Assembly: GCA_964016885.1 (NCBI GenBank)
Contig: OZ024740.1
Span: 59,954,001 to 60,018,000, forward strand
Length of the DNA stretch: 64,000 nucleotides
Direction: 5' to 3'
From: Eledone cirrhosa
Lineage: Eukaryota
Positions 53,538-64,000 of this stretch are shown here, piece after piece (position 1 is the first letter of the stretch; each line of letters begins with the position of its first letter). The position numbers and the translations under genes are program-made. Under the pieces are notes generated by a model. The model ran no database searches and had not been told where the DNA came from. It was given only the letters and a program-made list of their open reading frames with translations.

Positions 53538-53872
53538 ATATCAACATGCTTTTGCTCACAGCTTCGTACTTACAAGCACACACACTCTTTTACTTACATA
53601 CACATATCCTCTTAGCTTCGTACGGACGAATAATAACACACACACACGCATATGCACACACGCATATGCACACACACACGCATACGCACGCGCACAAGTA
53701 TAGCTGTATATACAAAAGGTTTTTTTTTTCCAATTCCGGTAAACGCGCTTCATTATCCACTTTTCTAAAAAGGTATAACATACACAAAATGCCAACATCA
53801 ACAGTTTTCCAAGAGACATTTTTTCCGATTCCGCCCCGCCCGTTCCTTCAATCTTTCTAATTTCTCATTCTT

Positions 53873-53908
53873 TCTTCTGGTGAAGGACTAGTGTCCGAAA
53901 CGTTAAGA
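53873..53908 (+). ncRNA. Minimal hammerhead ribozyme with one core substitution
   Basis: TCTT-CTGGTGA-A-GGAC-TAGT-GTCC-GAAACGTT-AAGA: stems I and II pair, palindromic AACGTT stem III; core CUGGUGA instead of CUGAUGA. Confidence 0.75.
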
Positions 53909-54263
53909 CCCCTTCCTACTATTTCAAGCGTTAACCTAATATATTCCTTCCATATACTGCACCGACAGTGTTGTTATTTCTGTTTACCTTTTACATACAC
54001 ATATATATATATTTGATATAGATTTGATATAATTTTTGTTGTGTTAACACTGGTCTAAGGATCAGGCAGTCTTGGAGTCTAGTCTGGGGGGTGCCAACCC
54101 AGATCACGAGCCAGCTGCTTGGGAAACATTAGTAACCAGGATTAAGCAATAAATCTCCTATGTAACATCTCCACTTTGTTCTTATTGTATACTCTGCTCT
54201 GTATCGAGTGCAGACTTTGGTTCTCTCACCAGTTTTCTTCGGATTTACTGAACCTTCTGCATA

Positions 54264-54455
54264 TGGCAGTATCGATAGAGCGTAAGACATTGTGCTTTGC
54301 AGCACAGAGTCATGACCCTTTACGTTCTGAGTTCAAATCCCACCGAGGTTAACTTTGCCTTTCATCCTTAAAATAAAATAAAGCACCAGTAATACACTGG
54401 TGTCGATTCAATCGACTTTTCCCTCCCCAATTGTTGCTGGCCTTGTGCCTATAGT

Positions 54456-54458
<3 letters not shown>
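54264..54458 (+). mobile_element. Nin/Deu-type SINE followed by (CT)n(CA)n(TA)n
   Basis: TGGCAGTATCGATAGAG..GAGTTCAAATCCCACCGAGGTTAACTTTGCCTTTCATCC..GGCCTTGTGCCTATAGTAG. Confidence 0.85.
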
Positions 54459-54527
<69 letters not shown>

Positions 54528-57367
54528 CATATATACACGTATGAAACGGAATAACATAGGGGAAATATTGTTGTTACACGCTATAAGGTATGGGCAAATA
54601 ATTGGTATATATAAAGAGAAAACAGTTTGGAGGTGATCAAGCAGTATTAAGAGGGTGATATTAAGTGTTATATATTATCATATGATACAGAATATTACAT
54701 GGTACAGAATTAAAGTTGAAGATTTGTTAACAAATATCAATTGTTCTCTAATAGCCACGGGTTTTGTGATATAAGAATTCTAATGGTTATATTATTTGTG
54801 ATATAAGCACGAGCGTGAACACAACAATAAAATCAATTGATTGCTTGTAGAATAAATATGATAGACTATAACAGATTCTTAACTAGATACAACGATTTAG
54901 TTTGATAGAGAATGGAATGGGAGAAGTTTATTCTCGGTGAATGACGTTAGGAAAGTAAACGCGGTTCACATAGCATTCATCATGGTACTACGGTTATAAT
55001 ATCTTCTAAAATACTCTCAGTGTATACTTCAAATATATTCAACCTGGCAATTTTGTTTCATTAACTATAAAAGTGTCTTGTGTTTTAATGAGAAACCTTT
55101 TACTCAGCTTTGCAATTTGTTTCATAAGCTATAAAAGTGCCTCGTTAGAGCAAGACACTTTTCATGGTTTATGTGCAATTATTTGTTTTCCACAAATATT
55201 CCTTTACATTAGCGTCTGATAACTATTTAACAAAACATTGATATCATTTTATATTTTGGCCACTACCGCTCAGTAAACCTTCTGTGATTTCTTTTCCTAC
55301 CCGAATGTAAATGTCCTACCCTACTGGTTCTAGAGACTTCTATAACTATATTATGGCTTCCAGATTTAAATTCTTTCCCTCTAGCATCTTTAAAACCTTT
55401 GTGCTTTATTCTAGATACTGAAAAACTTAAGTCGCGTTGTCGTTTCACGTAGAGAACACGCTTTGAAGTGATGATAATTGGGTGTTCAGGAATTAAGAGA
55501 GTGATACAATGTGTTACACAATGTTACGTGATAAAGAAGGTGACATGGAACAGGATTAAAGTTGAGAATTTGTCATACACACATGGTATAAGCGTGGACG
55601 TGAACACTAAGATAAGATTAATCTGTCACGTGTGTCCCGAAGATTTATCGGTTGTGTATACGTTGCAGTGATACAATAACCGAATGTGCAAGACGTGCTT
55701 TAAATACGGATACTAAATACTTACCCATCATGATGTAAGACCTCTTGAGTATTGCAAGCCAATCCTAACTGGTGATTGAGTATGAAGCCAGTGAAATTTA
55801 AGTTTAAATATGTAGATTCAATTGCATGCCTCACATATTCAAGCTTAAAGATATGGAGACAAGAATCCAGTATCTTCCTAATTGCTGCTTCGTGAATTCA
55901 CAGTTTTAGCATGAGCACGCATAACTGAAATATCAAAGAAGAGATGATTGAAAATAATAATGTTACTTACACATATATACGATCATGGTCGAACCTCTTT
56001 CTATGAATTCGAAGGTAAAAGTTCTTAAACGTAGCTCTTGGTTAAAGATGAATTAAATGTTATGCCTAAAAACCCTAGTTTAAGACTGATATACAGCCTG
56101 CGCTTTTCGTTATAAGTTAAATGTTGGAACTACATTATCATTTCCTGTTTTAAAAGAAACTAATCCACTGGTAACCGGTCTACTCAGTTGGATGGCACTT
56201 ATAATGGCTCTCATCTGCCTTTGGTTGTACCTACATTACCAAACTCTATAGTGTATCTTCTAAATAGAACTAATTTACTCGTATGTAACTAATATATTCA
56301 ATGAAGAGGGAGAACAGAATGGAAATCTAACAAGAAAATAGCGTATATCTCTTCGCCCACTGTATCTAACTGCTCGCTAGTGCACAACTAATTCGCCCAG
56401 TAAAGGAAGATATCCGCAAAGGAATATTAACAAAATAAAATGAGGTTTAACTGAACTTGCTGTATTCCTCGGTTGTGGATCCCAGGATTCAGGTATTTAA
56501 TCAGTTTGTAACTGGAATGCGTTTGGAGCAGGAATGTTTAAATGATTGTAATTTGAATGTTCTAGTATGCAAACAAGAAGAGAATGTTTTTCCCCTCTTT
56601 AGGTTATTAGCTGACAGGGTCCGTATCTTAAGTTTTTCGTTGCACCTAGGCTGCAATTACAGTTGTGCCAATGGATTGTCTTTGACTTTGGAACTCTGTG
56701 ACAACGAAACAGACAGTAAAACACTATATAGAGTGAATAGCAGCATCAATAACAATAACAACTGCATCACACCAATAAGCATACCAATACTCCTACATAA
56801 ACCCAACTACCTTAAACATCGATCGAAATCAGCCAGAGTAAAAAAATAAATAAATAAAATAAAAACAACAAAAAACAGGAACATGAGCTCTTTAGTGTGG
56901 AAATAAGCCACAGAATTCAATATTTACATCTACTTTTGTAAAGGAAGGTTTATGTGGTCAATAGACCAGCTAGAAATAGTTACCAAATACCCTCGAAATT
57001 GCATGATACCATCTCAAATAAAGGAAGGGCACATAAGTTGAAATAAATTATTGCTTGAAAATGAAGATAGGATAATAACTTGAACGATTGAGGCAAACAG
57101 CAACTGTATCTAGTACCGATACTACCAATTTCCAAGAATCTGGGAGGTGGGCGAAATCATAACAATTTTAAAGACTAACAAAGTGAATAATTACAGTGCC
57201 ATCAACTTCCAATGTAAAACCCCGAAGGAATTAGAAAAGCTAACCCTTGACATCACTAGCCCTTACATTCTGCTCTCCAAATTATAATTGTAGGCATATT
57301 TTCATCTTCAAAAAGATGCCTCACATTTATTCACATTCAGTGAACATAGCCTTGGTCAGGAGGTGTT

Positions 57368-57458
57368 GGTGTCATCAGACGGTGTCATCAGACGGTGTCA
57401 TCAGACGATGTCATCAGACGGTGTCATCAGACGGTGTCATCAGATGGTGTCATCAGAC
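57368..57458. repeat. 13-bp minisatellite GGTGTCATCAGAC x7
   Basis: Directly visible. Confidence 0.92.
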
Positions 57459-57789
57459 TGTGTCCAACGTTCACTGGGTGTTTCGACCCTCAACTGTAAC
57501 ATCCTTTCGCTGGTGAGTCAGCAATGGTGGCCAAATTACTGCCCATCTTCGCCTCCTGGCTTCCAGCTTATCTCCTCTCTCCAGCTCCAAAGCCAACAAG
57601 AGGCTCTAACCCTAACCCACTACACTCAAACACCACACTATTCACGAATTAAACACTGAAAATAAATTACAGCTTCAATAACAAAATTTCTCACCCTCAC
57701 CATTCTAACTGCCATACACGTCAGCAAAGCGCTTGATCAATTCCTGGCTATCCATTTATACACACAATAGTCTACTCTTTAACAAATAA

Positions 57790-58325
57790 CACTGACCATC
57801 TTCCCGTTTCGCGGCGGCAAACCCCTCGTCTGGGATGCCACTTGCACCGACACTTTCTGCAGCCGCAACCTGGTGCAGTCTGCGACTAACCCAGGTTCTG
57901 TTGCACGTCGGGCACGTCGGGAACGTCGGGCTCAAGTACCGGTCGCTCTCCGACAGGTTTGCGGTTGTACCCTTGGTAGTGGAGACTTCTTGTGTCCTCG
58001 GCCCTAGGGCTACCTCCCTACACACCACCATAGGCGCTGAGCTGGCCAGCCACAGGTGTGAGCCATGTGAGTTGGAATGGCTTTTCCAGCGCGTCTTCCT
58101 TGCCGTCCTCCGGAGAAACGCATTCTCTATTCTGTCCGCCGGGGCAGTGGGGAGGCCACCAATATGATTGACTGACTTGTCGTTTTATCAGTCAGATTCA
58201 AAAAACTAGTTACAATACTCTTGGAGTTATCACAACTCTTGTGCTGCTATATTTTAAGTATAGATGTATGTGTTAATATTTTTACGTGATTCTGAATGAT
58301 TTTTGTTTCATTAACAAATAAACTA
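57790..58325 (+). pseudogene. 3' end of a CRE-clade non-LTR retrotransposon (restriction-like endonuclease domain)
   Basis: LTIFPFRGGKPLVWDATCTDTF, then after a frameshift KYRSLSDRFAVVPLVVETSCVLGP..WLFQRVFLAVLRRNAFSIL; matches the WDATC..KY..P.AVET.G..FQR.S.A..RGNA pattern of CRE C-termini; AT-rich 3' UTR with AATAAA. Confidence 0.85.
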
Positions 58326-58654
58326 TCTGTTAAGTCACCAGACCTATGTAGAATACAAAATCAACACTCAAGAGCCTCCAATTTTCAGAATGCTGTACCA
58401 CAGGGCTCTGTTATCTCACCCACTCTCAAGGTGGAGGCAGAGTCGTTCGATCGACTGCGGTATTTGAAATGAAAACGTAGAGGGCCGTAACGAAATACTT
58501 CAATGTATTTCATCCAACACACTAATGGTTATGCCAACACCAACCTCCAAAATGGCTGACTGAATAAGCACGTGTGTTTTTGTCTCATTTTTTTTCCCGT
58601 TCCGTCCTCTTCTCACTCTCTATTTTTCTAATTCATCTTTTATTTCTCATTCTA

Positions 58655-58690
58655 TCTTCTGATGACAAAATAGTGTCCGAAACATAAAGA
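58655..58690 (+). ncRNA. Degenerate hammerhead motif in PLE-derived tail
   Basis: TCTT-CTGATGA-CAAAA-TAGT-GTCC-GAAAC-ATA-AAGA; stem II eroded; downstream CAAGTGTTGAACTAATATATTTCTTC homologous to the 53,9xx tail, then (CA)n. Confidence 0.6.
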
Positions 58691-58780
58691 CTCTTTTTTT
58701 TTTTATTATATCAAGTGTTGAACTAATATATTTCTTCATTGTACTGTATCGTTTGCTTTGTTATTTCTCTTTACTTTTTG

Positions 58781-58919
58781 CACACACACACACATACACA
58801 CACACATACACACACACATACACACACACACACACACACATACAATCACGCACACACATCACACACATCACACACACACACGCACACACACACACACATC
58901 ACACACACACACACACACA

Positions 58920-58970
<51 letters not shown>

Positions 58971-58972
58971 CA
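58781..58972. repeat. (CA)n/(TA)n microsatellite
   Basis: Directly visible. Confidence 0.95.
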
Positions 58973-60621
58973 TGCACACTCTCGCTTCAATAGATTTATG
59001 TTTTTAATCTCTGAAGTGGTGTTGAATTATTGATGAGCCGAGTTAACGAACTGATTTCCTGCTTTTCACTTGATATTATTTCATTTCATTTACTAAAATC
59101 TCTAAGTTATGTTTTGTGTTCAAAAGAAGTCAAGGTGGTCAACAGTTCGAACTAAGAATCGAACCTGGAGTCAACATTGACACAGCTTGTCGAAAACATA
59201 TTTCTTCTCTACGGCGCTCACTTCAATTCTATCTAAGTTACTCTAAGCTGTAAAATACATTAATTATCAGCTTTTATAGATGTACAATCATTGACGTAGA
59301 CACGAAACATTAAGAACAACCAGTGATAACATAAACATTATTATTTCCTCTATCAGAACGAAACAGATGAAACCAAATTGACAGGAAACTATCAAGCTTC
59401 GGTATTTGCTCGAAACTTGATTGTTTCACACATCTAGTTTGATTTTAATTAAATTGAATTGAGTATTTATTCGTTTGTAAAATAAATGATTGGTTATGAA
59501 AATTAATTAGCTGATCAGTTCTTTTAAGTAATAATCTATCTGTAATTTAATTGAAGTTTTAATATATTTCTATTCTCATATCTGAATGTCTGAATTAATT
59601 GTTACCAGATGACTGTCAAGAATAATTACTTTATGATAGCTAATTTAAATTTGTGTCCTCCCAACTATCACGATTGCTCAATATAATCTGTAATTTTAGT
59701 TGCTGTTAAAAATCAGTTTCAAATAACTGACATCTATAGCTGGTGAATATAACAAAAATAGACTCCATTTAGATTACTACGTAGCACAATGGTTACTTAA
59801 ACAAAGATAAATTGAATAGCTCCTGTTTAAATTTCTATGTAGTACCAGTTGTAAATGGTTATACAGTACTTTACAAAACAGAAATTAAATCTTCGATTCA
59901 ATTTCGATTCCCAGTTAAAGACCTTTCTTTTCACTTCTGCTTCTAACGCATTTGTGAAAGTATGAATGTCCAAACATCGCATTTCATATCCCACACAAAT
60001 CTAAGACCTAATGCCTAGCACCACTCCTAGGGAGCAGCATGGCCATACAAGAGCACTATGCTAGATTGAAAGAAAAAAAAGCTGAAAAAAATGTCACGGA
60101 AAGCTGAAATAGTCGCTGTACAGAAAGTACTATAGCTGAGCAGTGAAAACATGCCGCAGACTACCAGTATTATTCAAACTAGGTGCCCCTTACATTCTTA
60201 AGCTTGCAATAAACTATAGTATGACATAAATTATCTCCTTCCTTTCTCTTCTCAACTTAAAAAGAGAGGTTTCCTATTCTTTTCACTCCTACATATATAT
60301 GTGTGTGATAGACAGACGGAGAAACAGTTTTTCTTTTATAACATAGATTAGTATTATTTGATAAAGTGGATAATATTACATCATAGTTAAGGTTGGCATT
60401 TAGTGATGACTGACTGACTTACGCGGCCATCCTTTTTGCGCCAAAACCCAAAAAATAATCAAGAAATAACGAAGATATGATTGCAAAAATTGTTATTTTG
60501 GGGATAACCTAAACATAAACAATGTAAGGTGAGGCAGGTGTACTAACTTCTGATCTAGAGTAGTAGTGATAATAATATTGTGAACTGACATATGATGTTA
60601 AATTATTATTATTAGTTATGA

Positions 60622-60790
60622 GGTGGATTGGCATTGTCTGTAGAGCGACGGCCAATATGCTTTGCAGCACATGGTTACGGCCCTTTACGTTCTGAGTTTA
60701 AATCCCGCCGAGGTTAGCTTTACCTTTCAACCTTACGGGATTGATAAAATAAAGTACTAGTAACCCACTGGGGTCGATTTAATCTTTTCC
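60622..60790 (+). mobile_element. Nin/Deu-type SINE
   Basis: GGTGGATTGGCA..GTTCTGAGTTTAAATCCCGCCGAGGTTAGCTTTACCTTTCAACCTTACGGGATTGATAAAATAAAGTAC. Confidence 0.85.
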
Positions 60791-60994
60791 CCATCATCTG
60801 GTCCCGGTATCCTATTGTTCAAAAATTTACAGGGACGTTGGGATTCCATTGATAAGTCTCATTATCAAACTGTTCTGGATGATGATGAGCCCATGGAAGA
60901 TTTTTACGAGCAAAAGAGGGAGGAGGTGCTTAAATATCTACTGACTGCACTGTTTTCTGGAGATCATCCCCGAGAATATCGTTTCCGGTTATAA
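60791..60994 (+). pseudogene. DNA transposase fragment (possibly Sola2-like)
   Basis: Open frame PSSGPGILLFKNLQGRWDSIDKSHYQTVLDDDEPMEDFYEQKREEVLKYLLTALFSGDHPREYRFRL resembles the GP.I.LFKRF...W..ID...PR.DYRE segment I recall from invertebrate DDE transposases; superfamily is from memory. Confidence 0.55.
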
Positions 60995-61458
60995 ATTTCA
61001 TTCATAAAATGTGTTTCCCTCTTTAACCCTTATATTATTGTGTATTTAGAACATATACCTCCTGCTAATTTTCATTAGTTGTTAATCACTACATTTCCTC
61101 TTCTATCTCTTTGTACTCAAATATAGTAAAACGTATTTATAATAGTTTATTCTCTTCAACTTTTTTATTTCTCTCCGATGGTTTGTTGAAAGCGGACACA
61201 ATGTGATCGAGTGATTAACGGAAAAATGGTTGGATTCAGCTCTCATAGATGATTCAGTTCAGTGATGAAACACGTGTTAGGTAATATAATGTAAATATTT
61301 CTTCAAATCTCACCTCTCTTCTCTTCTTGCCTAGTTTTTCCTAATATTCTCCCTCACCTCTCTCTCTCTATCTCTCTCTCTCTTTTTTCTCCCCCTCATT
61401 TCCCCCCGTTCCTTCCTATCACTCTTTACTTTCTATTTATCTTCTATTTCTAACGCTA

Positions 61459-61492
61459 TCTTCTGATGACGAACGTATCCGAAACGTTAAGG
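61459..61492 (+). ncRNA. Hammerhead motif in PLE-derived tail
   Basis: CTT-CTGATGA-CGAACGTATCC-GAAACGTT-AAG; downstream CTATTTCAAGCGTTAAACTAATATA..TGTTTACCCTTT matches the 53,9xx tail, then (CA)n(TA)n. Confidence 0.65.
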
Positions 61493-61740
61493 CTCTCTTC
61501 CTGCTATTTCAAGCGTTAAACTAATATAGTTCTTCTATGTACTGTGCCGTTTATTTTAATATTCCTGTTTACCCTTTACACACACACACACATATATATA
61601 TATATATGTATAAGTTATATATATATAAACTTATGTATTAGTCATACACTACTATCCCAAATATCGAGTACTCTGTTGAATAATGGTCTAACTAGTTTAA
61701 AACTGTATATATATATATACATCGAGATTAAACCATATAT

Positions 61741-61906
<166 letters not shown>

Positions 61907-62493
61907 TCATAGAGTTCTTTAAAAAAAGTACTTTACATTGTCATTCTTAGTCAAATGAGTTTCGTGTCGTCTGCTGTCAATTGCGCTGTTTGGTATTTAG
62001 CCTGTAGATAGGCAAACTGTTTATTAGCTGAAATATACACAAGAGAAGAAAATTAGCTTTAATGAATTCTCGTGACTCAATATTCACCATGTCTCGCTCG
62101 ATATAGGACAGGATGGTGAATTACCATCTGCGAAAGTTCAACGTTACTGTCATGATATCGAGAATAAATCTCCCGCTTAATACAAAAACCCCTCAGCTTA
62201 TATCTTCTTGTTCATTGTACGGTCGGTCTCCCGTGCTGAATGGGAGGGAGAGTCTTTGGACAGGAACTAAATCTTGCATTATTGATTTTAGGAATATTTT
62301 GGCACATCCCCAAGTTAGCAGTAACGTTTTGATACAAGAGCTGCATCTGATTACTTTGCAAATGAAATAAAAACATTTTTATTTGTTCCGCCTGCCAAAT
62401 ATTCCTTCATTATTAATGAGATTCTGTCGATTATTACTTAGCGTTTCTTGCCAGGGATTTTCACATACAGAGCTGTCTTTTTTTTTTACAATC

Positions 62494-62497
<4 letters not shown>

Positions 62498-62565
<68 letters not shown>
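62498..62565. repeat. (CT)n microsatellite
   Basis: Directly visible. Confidence 0.97.
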
Positions 62566-62567
<2 letters not shown>

Positions 62568-63149
62568 TGTTTCATCTTAGGTCAGACCTAATAGAGAAGA
62601 CTTAGCAATAACCTTCACACCCTTTTTTTCGGGGAGGATGGGGGGAAAATATTTAGGGATGTATCATTCAATGTTTCTTTCAGGGAGATTTAGCTGTTAT
62701 TTCTTGCAGGTCGAGCGACCATGTAGAGGCTACACCACTATCATCCCCACCCACCCCACTCTCTAGGCAATAAAATTTAGCGAGAAATAAAGTTTATTGC
62801 AGTATCCTAAATGAAGAGGGGTGGGGATAGGTTGCCGCCTTCCCAAACGAAGTGGGATGAATAATTTATAAGCTAGGTCATGGCAGGACGCTGTGCGGTC
62901 ATACAAGTTGTCACTCATTTTAAGCTCCACAGAAACAAACGACCCACTGACCTTTTTTTTTCTGCGCTGAATAATTGGTAAGTGATGAGTAGTTAAAAAG
63001 AAAGGTTATATTTCATTTGTCAGTTTAACTGAGCATATCATACTGGTTAGGGAACATTAGGCTTTGAAGGCAGAAGTCACTAAACACCTCATAGAAGTCT
63101 TAAATACCTCACGCGACTACCACTCTCTGATGGACCGCCACCAGTTTCG

Positions 63150-63460
63150 ACGACGAGTGTTCCAGTTGTTCGATCAACAGAACAACTTGCTCATGAAATT
63201 TACGTGTAAGTGGCTGCGCATTTCACAAACACGAACACTCTTAACGTAACTCTCAAGGAAATGTAGCGTGATTCGGAGTGCGACAAGGCTGACCCTTTGA
63301 ATTACTGGTACAGTTCATCCAACGGGCTGCTAAACAGTTTCCGTCAATCCAAAGCATGGGTAGTTCCGAGGCTAATGATACTTGCCTAAGATTCCACGCA
63401 GTGGGATCGAACTTGGAACCTAATGATTGAGAAACGAATACATTTACAATTTGGCCATGT
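63150..63460. mobile_element. SINE remnants: + strand tail (63,150-63,320) and - strand tRNA/CORE-like head (63,330-63,460)
   Basis: GCGACAAGGCTGACCCTTTGAATTACTGGTAC tail (recalled from Octopus-type repeats); minus strand reads ATGGCC..GGTTCCAAGTTCGATCCCACTGCGTGG..TAGGCAAGT (B box plus CORE-like segment). Confidence 0.5.
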
Positions 63461-64000
63461 AGCGTCCATACTATATCATCATCATGACGAACAAAAAAGA
63501 GAGGCATTTAGGTATTAAGTCGACATGCTAGAAATAGCAGCCAAATTACACGATCGTCTTATAAACGGACGCGTTAGATTAAAACCTCCTCGACTTTTCA
63601 CATTGGAGAAACACTTCTTTAGAAATAACACTTTTCGTGACACCGAATTTTGTTAGAGACACGAAATCGATGAAATTAATAAATATATTATAAGATATCG
63701 TATCACTAGTCACGTGACGTCTACGCAGAGATGTCAGATCATCGAATATACTTCACATTCATAAAAATTCATCAGATTTGATTTAATTTCGTGACACACC
63801 ATCAGATATTATAGAAATGGCTTCTACAGGACTGGAACTGTTTCATTCGGGAGAAATCACCAGGAAGCTCATTTATAGTCTGCTATGTATTGTGTACTTT
63901 ACTTACTGTGGTTAACCCCGATTGAACACGGGATAAACTTATATATATATATATATATATATAACTTATATCAGCTTAAGCTGATCGGACTCCATGTGCT

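Larger units (their letters stand above)
52857..53995 (+). mobile_element. 5'-truncated Penelope-like retroelement between microsatellites
   Basis: Starts immediately after (TA)n/(CA)n; GIY-YIG frame followed by (CA)-rich UTR, hammerhead motif and 3' tail joining (CA)/(TA) repeats. Confidence 0.9.

Noticed and set aside
56120-56270. Short hydrophobic frame (..GLLSWMALIMALICLWLYLHY) as a membrane-protein exon
   Set aside because: No clear splice signals or recognisable homology; expected by chance in T-rich DNA.
56457-56849. 130-aa ORF
   Set aside because: TTG start, no recognisable domain, low-complexity end.
58739-59033. His/Thr-rich ORFs (also 46,709, 53,386, 61,544)
   Set aside because: Translations of (CA)n/(GT)n microsatellites.
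63064-63249. 61-aa ORF
   Set aside because: Overlaps a SINE tail remnant; no domain evidence.

Overview
Eukaryotic, repeat-dominated DNA with no convincing host gene. The SINE families and dense (TA)n/(CA)n microsatellites resemble those I recall from octopod cephalopod (Octopus-type) genomes; this is recognition, not a database result. Bases 1-~32,200 are one tandem array of a 48-bp satellite (about 670 monomers, running off the left edge) with nested kilobase-scale higher-order duplications. Its many + strand ORFs arise because 48 is divisible by 3 and two frames lack stops. A short, diverged, inverted copy of the same 48-mer (34,178-34,450) runs directly into a SINE, suggesting the satellite arose from a SINE-internal segment. 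Bases 32,200-64,000 hold many tRNA-derived SINEs, two decayed RTE LINEs, a CRE-type LINE 3' end, piggyBac/hAT-like MITEs, a transposase remnant and two Penelope-like GIY-YIG fragments. There are also at least five minimal hammerhead-ribozyme motifs, mostly in 3' tails abutting microsatellites, and three copies of an unclassified (TA)n-embedded element with a terminal hairpin. Boundaries of degenerate elements are approximate.
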